NCBI GenBank assembly: GCA_044226545.1
Contig: JBGAGW010000001.1
Span: 199,844 to 263,843, forward strand
DNA: 64,000 bases
Reading direction: 5' to 3'
Source: Limisphaerales bacterium
GTDB lineage: Bacteria; Verrucomicrobiota; Verrucomicrobiia; Limisphaerales; SXQI01
Below, piece by piece: positions 47,007 to 56,245 of the stretch; position 1 is the first letter of the stretch, and every line of letters begins with the position of its first letter. The notes under the pieces are model-generated. The model saw nothing but the letters and a program-made list of their open reading frames with translations. It was not told the DNA's origin and made no database searches. A program made the position numbers and the translations under genes.

Positions 47007-48539
47007 ATGAACACAGATGTTTTTCATTCTTTGAACGAGGGGAAGCCCATTCGCGTTCTGCTCGTGGACGACGATGAGGATAGTTATCTCCTCACCCGGC
47101 GGCATCTGTCGAAGATCTCCTCCAACGCCCTCAGCCTCGATTGGGCTCCAAGTTACGAGAAAGGCCTCGAGCAAATCGCCCAAACGCGGCACGACGTTTA
47201 CCTGCTCGATTACCGCCTGGGTGCGCACACCGGCATTGATCTTCTTAAGGAAGCGCTCGCTCTCGGGTCCAAAGCTCCCATGATCATGCTCACCACCGAG
47301 AATCCTGACGTCGACGAAGAGGCGATGAAACTTGGTGCGGCCGACTTCCTGAGCAAAGACAAGCTCGACCCCGCTTTGCTCGAACGTTCGATTCGTTATT
47401 CGATCAAACATTTCCACACCCTCCAGCAACTCCGCGACCGCGAAGCACAGATGGACGCCTTCATGAAGAATGTCCCCTGCGCCGTTTACATGAAGAGCCC
47501 GGAAGGCAAATACATTTACGCCAACGAAACCTGCGCCAAAGTGTTCCGCCGCCAGGTCAGCGATGTCATCGGCAAAACAGACGCAGACCTCCTTCCGAAA
47601 ACCATCGCCGCCAAAGCGCGCAATCTCGATCAACAGGTCCTCTCCCAGAACAAGCCGATCGAAACCACCGAGTCGTACAACCGCGACGATGGGACCCATT
47701 ACTGGCTCACCACCCGATTCCCCATTTGCGATCAGAATGGCCAGCCGATGATGGTCGGTGGCGCGGCGGTCGAGATTACCGAGAACAAGCGGCTCGAAAG
47801 AGAAGTTCAGGAGATCAGCGAACAGGAAAAACGTCGCATTGGTCAGGACCTGCACGACGGCCTGGGTCAATACTTAACCGGCATCGCCTGCATGGTGAAA
47901 GTCGTCGAACAAAAACTCGCCAGCCGGGACCTGACCGAAGCCGGCGATGTCAAAAAAATCACCACGATGGTGAATGAGACGATCTCCCAGGCTCGCGACC
48001 TCGCCCGCGGCCTCAGCCCGGTCGAGTTGGAAAACAACGGCCTCCAGGCTGCCCTTCAGGAATTGGCCTCGCGCGTTTCCCGCACCGGCGTAAACTGCGT
48101 CCTGAAAGCTCCTACCTTCACCAAGGTTTACGACAATGCCGCCGCCATTCATCTTTATCGCATTGCCCAGGAAGCGGTGAACAACGCGGTAAAACATGGC
48201 CGATCCAAAAACATCACCATCGGTCTGAGCACCCAAAACAACCAGGTCGAACTCACCGTTCAGGACGATGGCTGCGGCCTCCCCAAAGCCGGGCCCAAAT
48301 CCAGCGGGATGGGATTACGCGTGATGAATTACCGCGCGGGAATGATCGGGGCCACCGTTTCGGTCGGTCCCGCCGATCCCTGTGGAACCCTTGTTCGGTG
48401 CGTCATGCTTAACCGGCCTCCCAACGCCCGAAATGGCGCACGCGGTTCAACCGGTCCACGAAAGAAAAAGCTCCAAACAGATAAGAGCCGAACGGATGCG
48501 GGCGAATCCCTCCGGCCCGAGCTGGCCCAGCGAAATTGA
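47007..48539 (+). CDS. Hybrid signalling protein: receiver (REC) + PAS + HisKA_3-type histidine kinase
   Basis: 'IRVLLVDDDEDSYLL...DVYLLDYRLG', a PAS-like segment, H-box 'EKRRIGQDLHDGLGQYLTG', and the ATPase segment 'DDGCGL...GMGLRVMNYRA'. Confidence 0.85.
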   Translation: MNTDVFHSLNEGKPIRVLLVDDDEDSYLLTRRHLSKISSNALSLDWAPSYEKGLEQIAQTRHDVYLLDYRLGAHTGIDLLKEALALGSKAPMIMLTTENPDVDEEAMKLGAADFLSKDKLDPALLERSIRYSIKHFHTLQQLRDREAQMDAFMKNVPCAVYMKSPEGKYIYANETCAKVFRRQVSDVIGKTDADLLPKTIAAKARNLDQQVLSQNKPIETTESYNRDDGTHYWLTTRFPICDQNGQPMMVGGAAVEITENKRLEREVQEISEQEKRRIGQDLHDGLGQYLTGIACMVKVVEQKLASRDLTEAGDVKKITTMVNETISQARDLARGLSPVELENNGLQAALQELASRVSRTGVNCVLKAPTFTKVYDNAAAIHLYRIAQEAVNNAVKHGRSKNITIGLSTQNNQVELTVQDDGCGLPKAGPKSSGMGLRVMNYRAGMIGATVSVGPADPCGTLVRCVMLNRPPNARNGARGSTGPRKKKLQTDKSRTDAGESLRPELAQRN

Positions 48540-48744
48540 GTTCCTCTGCCTGCGCCCGAGCCGCCACGAATTCCCACGCAACCACCCTGTACGCAGCCAC
48601 TTATCGGGAAGACTCTGAACCGGCAGAAAATTCGAAAAACTTGTGGCGGTTTTATTTTCCTCTGCTACAGTCTCGCGCTCTCAAATAGAGTCGGTTGAGC
48701 CCCCGGTACGCGAAACGCGAATCCTTTTGAGAGTTTTAAAAGCT

Positions 48745-49338
48745 GTGACTGCAAAGAAACCAACAACGGTAAAGAAAAGCTCCGGCACTGGCGCCAAGGC
48801 CAAAGCCGTCGGGCCTGCCACGCTTGCTTCCATTCTCGGCAAATCTGCCGTGAAAGCCGCCGAACCGGGTGAAGCAAAGGTCAAACCGGAGTGGCAGAAA
48901 TACTACAGGAACCTGCTCGACCTCCGCGAACGCCTCCTCAGCCAGATGAGCGGCCTCGCCAAGGAGTCGGCCGAGGAAATGGCCAGCTACAGCCTGCACA
49001 TGGCTGACAGTGGCACTGACAATTTCGACCGCGATTTCGCACTCAGCCTCCTTTCCTCGGACCAGGACGCCATTTACGAGATCGAAGAAGCGCTCAAACG
49101 CATTGAAAAGGGCACCTTCGGCGTTTGCGAACTCACTGGAAAACAAATTCCCAGAGCTCGTCTCGATGCCATTCCCTGGACCCGCTTCACCGTTGAAGCC
49201 CAGGCGCAACTCGAACGCGACGGCGCTTTACGCTCGCGCAAACTCGGTGCACTCGGCACAGTCGATAGCAGCGGCGGCGTCGAAGTGGTCGAAGAAGAAG
49301 AAGAACCCGAGGAAAAGCCGGCTCGCGAAAAAGAATAA
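48745..49338 (+). CDS. DksA/TraR-family C4-type zinc-finger protein with Lys/Ala-rich N-terminus and acidic tail
   Basis: 'SLHMADSGTDNFDRDFALSLLSSDQDAIYEIEEALKRIEKGTFGVCELTGKQIPRARLDAIPWTRF'. Start uncertain: GTG 48745 is proposed, and the ORF is open from 48643. Confidence 0.7.
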   Translation: MTAKKPTTVKKSSGTGAKAKAVGPATLASILGKSAVKAAEPGEAKVKPEWQKYYRNLLDLRERLLSQMSGLAKESAEEMASYSLHMADSGTDNFDRDFALSLLSSDQDAIYEIEEALKRIEKGTFGVCELTGKQIPRARLDAIPWTRFTVEAQAQLERDGALRSRKLGALGTVDSSGGVEVVEEEEEPEEKPAREKE

Positions 49339-49344
49339 CTATTT

Positions 49345-49512
49345 ATGCCACGAGAAATTGTCACCATTGAGTGCACCGAAGCGCGCAAGGAAGGCAAATC
49401 CCCTTCCCGCTACATGACCACGCGCAATAAAAAATTGCAGACCGAAAAGGTGGAACTGAAAAAGTATAACCCAGCTCTCCGCCGCCATACCCTTCACCGG
49501 GAGATTAAATAA
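49345..49512 (+). CDS. rpmG: 50S ribosomal protein L33
   Basis: Not in the ORF track (55 aa). Hand translation: '[55 protein letters not shown]'. Confidence 0.85.
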   Translation: MPREIVTIECTEARKEGKSPSRYMTTRNKKLQTEKVELKKYNPALRRHTLHREIK

Positions 49513-49514
49513 TT

Positions 49515-49769
49515 ATGCCACGCAAAACTCACCCCGAAAAAAACGAGCGCTCCGGGCGCAGTAGCATGGAATCGCGCACCCCGCGCCCCAAGCCCAAGAT
49601 CGACTTCACCGTCGACGCCCTCGATTTCAAGAACACCACTTTGCTCCGCCAGTTCGTCACTGACCAGGGACGCATCCTGCCGCGCAAATACACCGGCCTC
49701 CCGGCGCACTACCAGCGCCAGCTCAACCGGGCCATCAAACGCGCCCGGCAGATGCTCCTGATGAAGTAG
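49515..49769 (+). CDS. rpsR: 30S ribosomal protein S18
   Basis: 'IDFKNTTLLRQFVTDQGRILPRKYTGLPAHYQRQLNRAIKRARQMLLM'. Confidence 0.9.
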   Translation: MPRKTHPEKNERSGRSSMESRTPRPKPKIDFTVDALDFKNTTLLRQFVTDQGRILPRKYTGLPAHYQRQLNRAIKRARQMLLMK

Positions 49770-49787
49770 TTCGCCCTCTCACATTAC

Positions 49788-49819
49788 AATTGGACCGCCG
49801 CAGATAACCTCTGCGGCTT
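49788..49819 (+). terminator. Rho-independent terminator after rpsR
   Basis: GCCGCAG-ataacct-CTGCGGC followed by TTTTCGTTTTT. Confidence 0.75.
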
Positions 49820-50004
49820 TTCGTTTTTAGAGATGGGTAAAAAGGAAAAGCCGCCCCTCGAAGCGCCCCCACATAAACCAGCAATCAATCCCGAACCCTA
49901 ACGACTCCGAGAAGCGGCAGTGGGGACCCTGAATCCATGCCCGCCGCGAGAGTTAGCAATTCTACTGAGAGAGGCAAGCGCAGAATACGCGAAAATAGAG
50001 AGGA

Positions 50005-52443
50005 TCACCGAGCCGCCAATTTTTCTTTCGTATACACCTTCGTCTTTTCTGTTGAGACGACAGGCGATTTCCAGGGCACTTCGTAAATCGGAATGGGCTG
50101 CCGGAAGCCTTTTGGCGTGACGGCGGGATGCGGGATACAGGTCGCCGCGAGGGCTGGGTCCAAACGGCGGAGTTCCTGCAGAGTTGCTTCGCTGATGATG
50201 ATTCTGCCCCGGCCGGAGACGCCTTCGAGACGGCTCCCGAGATTCACTTCGCGGCCAAAAACAGTGTAGTTCAGAATATGGGCATCGGAGCCCATCAGCC
50301 CCACCGTGGCGGACCCCGTGTTAATACCGGTGCCGAGTGAGAGAGTCGGCAGCGGCGGAAGAGGGGCTTCGCCGCGCTGCTGACGCGCGACGTTCTCCTG
50401 CTTTCGCCGCTCATTCTCTTTTTCGCGCACCTGGTTCAATGCATTCATGGCGCGTTGGGCATCGATCGCTGAGTTCACGCAGGCCAGCGCGTGCTGCTCA
50501 TTGGGAGTTGGCGCGCCCCAAAAGGCCATCACACAATCGCCCATGTATTTGTCCAACGTACCACGATGTTGCTTAATCGTGTCGGCAATCGTTGCCAGAT
50601 ACAGGTTCACTGTTTCCAACTGCTCCGCTGCGATCTTGTCGTAGTAGATGCGCGTTTGTTCTGGCGAGAGATTGTTCTGGCGCACGTATTCTTCTGCCGC
50701 CTGCTGGGTGGAATCGGTGAATTCGGTGAACCCGCGAACATCGGCAAAGAAGACCGTAATCGTTCTCCGCGCACCGCTAAGTGCGGCCAGGCGTTCGGCG
50801 TTGAGCAACTCCTGCACAACATCTGGCGAAACAATTTTGGAAAAGATCCCGCGGACGCGGCGTTGCTCGCGCTGCTCGAAAATGACGCGGTATGAAATGA
50901 GTCCGAAGTGAGGAAGGATAAACCCGCCGCTGACCGGCATGACGATGGGAATCCAGTAGCGGTGGTCCAGATACATCCAAACGGTAAACATCACATAAGC
51001 AAGCGAGAGCCCCGAAATCGTGATGAACGCCATGAGCACACGCATTCGCAAGGTCAGAAAGGCCGATATCACTCCGAGAACTGCAATTACGAGAATCTCA
51101 ATCGGGAGACTGGTCCGCTCAACAAAACGCCCTGTCATCAGAGAGTTGGCGATATTAAGGTGCTTCGTGACCAGGGGAGTGTTCGCTCCGAGCGGCGTCG
51201 CGCCCAGGTCGGTCATGTTGTTTCCACTGGCAATGGAGCCGACCAGGACGACTTTGTTTTTGAAGCGATCGAGTTCCACTTCGCGCCCTGCGTTCCGTTC
51301 ATGATCATCGCTCAGGACACGCTGCAAATGACCAAAGAAAATGGGCGTATAGTTCTCTTTCAAGTCTTCGAATCGGAGCGACCAGTCGATATTGAAGTAC
51401 CCACCGCTGTCGAGAGGGATTACGCGGACGAGACCATTAGGGCCATGCAACGTAATTCGGTCCGGACGAATTTCGGCATGATCAAGGTCCAACCCGAGGG
51501 ACTTAGCCGCGAGGGTGAGACCGAGATTCCACATCCGTTTCGTGACGAATGGGTATTCTGTAGCCGGTCCTTCGTCCTGCGGATCGTCCGCGAAATCGAT
51601 GTCCCCCTCCTTCGTTAGTTTCATCGTTCCGTTCGGATTGAGAGGGACCTCCATGGGCGTGCTGTCGGCGGTTTGGGTAATCTGCGGAATTATGATTTTA
51701 CCCCGAACAGCTCGTGCGCGAGCTAAATCCAGGTCGGCCGACTTGACAAGGGAACGCAGCAGAGGATGCCAGTCACGAATGGTTTCGAAGGGCCTGGTCC
51801 TGCGCAAGACCGAAAAATCGGATCGCGATGAAATACTCGCGAAGCCGGCAACGTTCGTGCGGAAAAGTTCGGCTGGCAAGGTGCTCTCCTGCTCGACCGC
51901 GAGATAAACGTTCTTCGCCTTACGCATTTGTGCGGCGAAGAACTCGTCCGAAGTAAGTGATTCCGACTCCGACAGGTGGATGGTTTCCGCCGGATTCTCC
52001 GGAAGGACTTCCGGGAACATGATGTCGAAACCCACGGCGACCGCACCCTCGGCCGCCAGTTCGCGGACGACCTGGCCGTGAATGAACCGAGGCCAGGGCC
52101 AGCCTCGAGGGTAAAGTCGAGCCTCGCTTTGCTTGTTTGTTCTTGGGGCGTAGTACTCAGCCAACGAACCGTCGTTTACCTGACGCACCACCACGTCGTC
52201 GAAAAAGAGAGTGGCCATGTTCCTTCCGAATCCCGAAAGGTCCGCCAATTCAGCGCCCAGCTTTGCGCGGGCGTCGTAGGTGATGACCTCCAGCTCTTCG
52301 GCCAGCCCAATCTGAGGACGTTTGCCGGTAGGGTCGGGTGCTCGTTCCGCGAGCTTTCGTGAAAGAATATGAAGGCCGCTCGCGAGGGCGACCGCCGCGG
52401 CGGTAATCAAAATCGGCACGAGGCTTGTCTGTCGGCCCCTCAT
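50005..52443 (-). CDS. CHASE2 sensor domain + TM + class III adenylate/guanylate cyclase
   Basis: 'KVVLVGSIASGNNMTDLGATPLG' (CHASE2-like), three TM segments, then 'ITVFFADVRGFTEFTD...KYMGDCVMAFWGAP...GINTGSATVGLMGS'. Confidence 0.85.
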   Translation of the reverse strand: MRGRQTSLVPILITAAAVALASGLHILSRKLAERAPDPTGKRPQIGLAEELEVITYDARAKLGAELADLSGFGRNMATLFFDDVVVRQVNDGSLAEYYAPRTNKQSEARLYPRGWPWPRFIHGQVVRELAAEGAVAVGFDIMFPEVLPENPAETIHLSESESLTSDEFFAAQMRKAKNVYLAVEQESTLPAELFRTNVAGFASISSRSDFSVLRRTRPFETIRDWHPLLRSLVKSADLDLARARAVRGKIIIPQITQTADSTPMEVPLNPNGTMKLTKEGDIDFADDPQDEGPATEYPFVTKRMWNLGLTLAAKSLGLDLDHAEIRPDRITLHGPNGLVRVIPLDSGGYFNIDWSLRFEDLKENYTPIFFGHLQRVLSDDHERNAGREVELDRFKNKVVLVGSIASGNNMTDLGATPLGANTPLVTKHLNIANSLMTGRFVERTSLPIEILVIAVLGVISAFLTLRMRVLMAFITISGLSLAYVMFTVWMYLDHRYWIPIVMPVSGGFILPHFGLISYRVIFEQREQRRVRGIFSKIVSPDVVQELLNAERLAALSGARRTITVFFADVRGFTEFTDSTQQAAEEYVRQNNLSPEQTRIYYDKIAAEQLETVNLYLATIADTIKQHRGTLDKYMGDCVMAFWGAPTPNEQHALACVNSAIDAQRAMNALNQVREKENERRKQENVARQQRGEAPLPPLPTLSLGTGINTGSATVGLMGSDAHILNYTVFGREVNLGSRLEGVSGRGRIIISEATLQELRRLDPALAATCIPHPAVTPKGFRQPIPIYEVPWKSPVVSTEKTKVYTKEKLAAR

Positions 52444-52461
52444 TCAGCTTTCATCAAATAG

Positions 52462-52497
52462 AAAAACCCAGAGCAACACAAGGCTGCTCTGGGTTTA
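52462..52497 (-). terminator. Rho-independent terminator between the FecR-like gene and the CHASE2 cyclase
   Basis: Minus strand: CCCAGAGC-loop-GCTCTGGG followed by TTTTTCTATTT. Confidence 0.65.
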
Positions 52498-52538
52498 TCG
52501 AAAGTTTAGGAGCTAAACGTTAGTCAATTTAAACCGGA

Positions 52539-53339
52539 CTATTCTTCGTTGTGGGGCGTTTCGACCGTTCCGGTCGTAAATTCCGTTTCCACTTTGGCTC
52601 GATCGCCATTCTGCAGGGCGTCGATGATCGGAGTCACGGTTAAAATGGTTTGACGGCCACCTTCTTCGATCACCGTTGTGCGACCGATCGAATCGATCTG
52701 GCCATTGATGGAGGTGATTTCAGCAGGAGGAATCGGTGCGATGACAGGGTTTCCGCCGGCCGTTGTCGGAGGGCTGATCATCTGACCAGCGCGAACGTTG
52801 CCGGTTGAAGTGCGGCCACCGATGACGTAAACCACGACAGCGTCACCCTGGGTGATGCGAACGCGGCCATCGGCACTGATGTCGTAGCGGGTGCCACGGA
52901 TACCTGCGACGCCCTGAGGTGTCTTCACTTCGTATTTCGAAGCGGCGGCGAGGTGCTTCACGTTACCGAGAATGCGTCCACTGCGGAGGTCGAGTTGTGT
53001 TTCGATGATGGTTTCAGCTCCGCTCTTGTCGTAGCTCAGTTTGTCGATGCCCACGGTAGTATTTTCAGTCACGCGAACCACCGGGCCATTGTCGCCGAGG
53101 AAAAGGTCCACCTGACCACCGGGAGCGGTGCGGATAATGGAATTCTGTCGCAGCTTGGTGCCGACTTTGAGGTCCTTCCAATTTGATCCGCGATCTGTGG
53201 AATAGTTCGCTGTGCCCCGAACTCCACGGACAACGGCTTCATTCTGCTGCGGAGCTGCTTCCACGTGCATAGCACCTACGAAGGCAGCGACCGCGATGGC
53301 AAAGCCAATCATCCTAGAAATTGCTCCAACTGGTCTCAT
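52539..53339 (-). CDS. FecR-domain protein (secreted)
   Basis: Signal peptide, then 'VRGTANYSTDRGSNWKDLKVGTKLRQNSIIRTAPGGQVDLFLGDNGPVVRV'. Confidence 0.7.
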   Translation of the reverse strand: MRPVGAISRMIGFAIAVAAFVGAMHVEAAPQQNEAVVRGVRGTANYSTDRGSNWKDLKVGTKLRQNSIIRTAPGGQVDLFLGDNGPVVRVTENTTVGIDKLSYDKSGAETIIETQLDLRSGRILGNVKHLAAASKYEVKTPQGVAGIRGTRYDISADGRVRITQGDAVVVYVIGGRTSTGNVRAGQMISPPTTAGGNPVIAPIPPAEITSINGQIDSIGRTTVIEEGGRQTILTVTPIIDALQNGDRAKVETEFTTGTVETPHNEE

Positions 53340-53447
53340 AGTTTTTTTGCTCCTGGTTTTTTCGATTTAAACTGGCTTGAGTGTAGAAACTCGGAAAATA
53401 TTGTCAACCCTCCATTTTGGTTTCAAACACTTATTGCTACGCCACTT

Positions 53448-55388
53448 TTACTGGGTCTGCGCGCGCTCCGCAAGCATCCTATCGACAATTTGCACATAAT
53501 TTTTAGCGTCCTCGTTGTCGAGATGATTAAAGTTGTAGGAATCGAGAAAAAATTTTCGCGCTTCCTGGAGCTCCCCGACCTGCAGTTTGTGCCAGCCATT
53601 CCAGAATAGGACATAATGACCCTGCGGATCGAGTTCGAGTGCTTTAGCGAAGTAGGGTGCGGCTTTTTCGGGCTCCTTCAACCAGTCGTAACAAGCACCT
53701 AAGTTTGTGAAGGCAAATGGGTTCCATTTATTCAAAGCAGCACCTTTTTCGAACCATGGAATAGCTTCCCGAGTCAGGTTTTCCCAACCCTCGTCTCCCT
53801 CGAAGCCCTTTTTGCGCAGTTGAATGCCAATCTCCATGGCCACTTCGCTGTTGCCGGACTCAATGGCGTGAGCCTTCTTCAATAGATCAAGCCGCTCTTC
53901 CCATGTATGGGGCTTGAAGAATCTGGCCAGCACATAGGTTTGCGGCACGAGTTTCGACATTTGCAGCCCGAGGTATCCAACGCCGCCAAGGATGGCAGTG
54001 GTTAGCAGTAATCGACCGATAATTCCGGCTTTGAACCAAAAGCGCTCTGTGGCGAAACGCATATGCGAGATCACGATAGCCATCAACGTGACCGCGACGA
54101 CAGCATTGCCGGGAATGTGCATGTTAAAGTCGGTCACGGAATGCAATGCAATCGCGAGCAACCCAACGGAGCAACCGAGGACCACGGCGGATCGGGTGCT
54201 AGTGCGGGTGGAGATTTCGTTGGAGCGACGCACATACTTCCAGGTGCGAAGCACACTCCACCCAAGCGTGAGTAGAGCCACTCCAACGATTATTCCCCCG
54301 GTCGTTCCATATTCGGCAACCGTGTTGAGATAGTCGTTGTGAACGTAAATGGGACGGCCCTGGAGTTGCCAGTGGCGCCATTTGCGCAAACGCCAATCGT
54401 AATGTTGCGGGCCAACACCGAACCAAGAATTTTCCTTCCACATGGCGACGGCGGGCTTCCAGTAAAGCAGCCGCATATTATAGTGCTTCGCGTCCGCAAA
54501 GCGTTTTTCGGCCTGCCAGGAACGCACGCCGAAGAAAGTCGAAGTGACGAGCAGTAACGCCATCAAACCAATTGCTGGCAAACGAAAATTTCTGTTCCAA
54601 AGCAGGAGCGCAAAAAAGACCACGAGGGAGGCGGCGACGGCGATGTAGCCGCCGCGCGAAAGAGTCACACCAATTCCAGCGGCAATCGCGAGTGCCGCGT
54701 ATCCGAGGAAAACTTTCGTCAGGTGTTTGTAACGAGCGGTCACTGTGTAAGCGAGCGCGATGGGCAGGAGCATCTCCAAAAATCCGGCGAGATGATTCGG
54801 GCAAATGTAAGTGCCGGTGCCGCGACCGCGATAAGCCTCGGGTTTTGGAAACCAGAGAACGTGACGCGAATCGGTGAAATACTGGAAAATTCCGTAGAAT
54901 GCGTTCAACACGCCAAGCCCGAGCAACGTGAAGAGAATGATTTGGATATGCTCGCTGCTCGTGAGGTTATCGAGCACCGCAAAAAACAGGAGTCCGTAAA
55001 GAATAATCTGAAGAATTTCGAGACGTGCACCGTATTCGTAATCGACCCATGAGTAACGCCAGATTGCGTAGCCAATAAACACGAGCACGGTCCAGGCGAA
55101 CGGCGGGAAAAGGACTCGGTATTGCTGCCGAATCCAGACACGCACCGCCCAAAAGACGCACATCAGCAAGCCCAACCCGAGCAGGACCAGAAATTGCGAC
55201 AACTGAGTGGAACCCGTGGCGAGCGGCCCCCAAACAAGCATCGCGAGAACAGTGCCGAGTACACCACGTTCGCAGAGTTGATCCAGTGATTCGCGATCAA
55301 AAAGGCTGAAGCCGGACCGTCGCCCGCTTTTGGCAAAGCGAGCCGTCAAGTCACCTCGCGCTTCGGGGGAGGAGTCGGGAGTCGTCAT
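53448..55388 (-). CDS. O-antigen ligase-like (Wzy_C) polytopic membrane protein with C-terminal TPR domain
   Basis: More than 10 TM segments, 'GVTLSRGGYIAVAASLVVF', and C-terminal TPR-like repeats. Confidence 0.75.
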   Translation of the reverse strand: MTTPDSSPEARGDLTARFAKSGRRSGFSLFDRESLDQLCERGVLGTVLAMLVWGPLATGSTQLSQFLVLLGLGLLMCVFWAVRVWIRQQYRVLFPPFAWTVLVFIGYAIWRYSWVDYEYGARLEILQIILYGLLFFAVLDNLTSSEHIQIILFTLLGLGVLNAFYGIFQYFTDSRHVLWFPKPEAYRGRGTGTYICPNHLAGFLEMLLPIALAYTVTARYKHLTKVFLGYAALAIAAGIGVTLSRGGYIAVAASLVVFFALLLWNRNFRLPAIGLMALLLVTSTFFGVRSWQAEKRFADAKHYNMRLLYWKPAVAMWKENSWFGVGPQHYDWRLRKWRHWQLQGRPIYVHNDYLNTVAEYGTTGGIIVGVALLTLGWSVLRTWKYVRRSNEISTRTSTRSAVVLGCSVGLLAIALHSVTDFNMHIPGNAVVAVTLMAIVISHMRFATERFWFKAGIIGRLLLTTAILGGVGYLGLQMSKLVPQTYVLARFFKPHTWEERLDLLKKAHAIESGNSEVAMEIGIQLRKKGFEGDEGWENLTREAIPWFEKGAALNKWNPFAFTNLGACYDWLKEPEKAAPYFAKALELDPQGHYVLFWNGWHKLQVGELQEARKFFLDSYNFNHLDNEDAKNYVQIVDRMLAERAQTQ

Positions 55389-55548
55389 TTAATCGAACGC
55401 CAATGCGTGAACACGCTGCACAGTGCCACTCGCAACGCGCAACGTCACGGATTTTCAAGCCGGCTCAAAGCGAGTAGGGAGCGATAGGAGCTTGAGTGAC
55501 CATTCGCAGATTGCGACGTGGGTGGATGCACGGTAATATCAGATCGGT

Positions 55549-55797
55549 ATGACGATGTTAAGGACGATTTCCGTAAAGCTCCCGGCAGACGATGTGAGGC
55601 GAATCCCGGCGCGAAATCGCAGCGCTTTCATTCGCGATGCGGTTCGCGAAAAGCTCGCGCGAGAGGGAAAAACATGGAAGCCCAAAACGCAGTTTGGAAG
55701 GGAATTAGTCGCAATGCAAAAGCGTTACAAGGGAAAGCTGCTAACGCCTGAAGAAATCGCTGCCGAAGTTCGGGAGAACCGGGGTTCAATGGCGTGA
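55549..55797 (+). CDS. Ribbon-helix-helix (CopG/VapB-like) antitoxin
   Basis: 'ISVKLPADDVRRIPARNRSAFIRDAVREKL'. 4-nt overlap with the PIN gene. Confidence 0.65.
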   Translation: MTMLRTISVKLPADDVRRIPARNRSAFIRDAVREKLAREGKTWKPKTQFGRELVAMQKRYKGKLLTPEEIAAEVRENRGSMA

Positions 55798-56204
55798 GAA
55801 CATTTTTGGATTCCGGCGTACTGATCACAGCATGGAAAAGTGTGGACAAACAACTGGCTCAAGGGGTGATCGAAGCCCCAGGACGCCAGCCGCTGACCTC
55901 GGAGTTGGTGCGCCTCGAAGTGCTTCCCAAGGCGATTTTTTTCAAACGACCGGACGAAGTATCGTTTTACGAGAAGATTTTGTCACGGTGTGACTGTGAT
56001 TCCATCGATAGCGCGCTCTACGCGTCAGCGTTCGACTTCGCGAAGCGCTACGGTCTGGCCGCTGCCGATGCATTCAATATTGCCTCTGCAGTTCGATTGG
56101 GAGCCGACGAATTTGTCACGACAGAGTTGCCCGGAAAGCCGCTGTTTCGGGTGAAAGAAACACGGGTAGTCACACTTCACGCCGCGGCTTCGGCGGAAGG
56201 ATGA
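55794..56204 (+). CDS. PIN-domain (VapC-like) toxin
   Basis: 'FLDSGVLITAW...AADAFNIASAVRLGADEFVTTE'. Confidence 0.7.
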   Translation: MRTFLDSGVLITAWKSVDKQLAQGVIEAPGRQPLTSELVRLEVLPKAIFFKRPDEVSFYEKILSRCDCDSIDSALYASAFDFAKRYGLAAADAFNIASAVRLGADEFVTTELPGKPLFRVKETRVVTLHAAASAEG

Positions 56205-56245
56205 GCGCAGCAATCTGAATTCAGGATTGGCGTCTCGGTTCGTGC

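Noticed and set aside
46722-47870. A 382-aa minus-strand ORF.
   Set aside because: It lies antisense to the REC-PAS-kinase gene, whose frame has clear REC and H-box motifs. No motifs are recognisable in the antisense frame.
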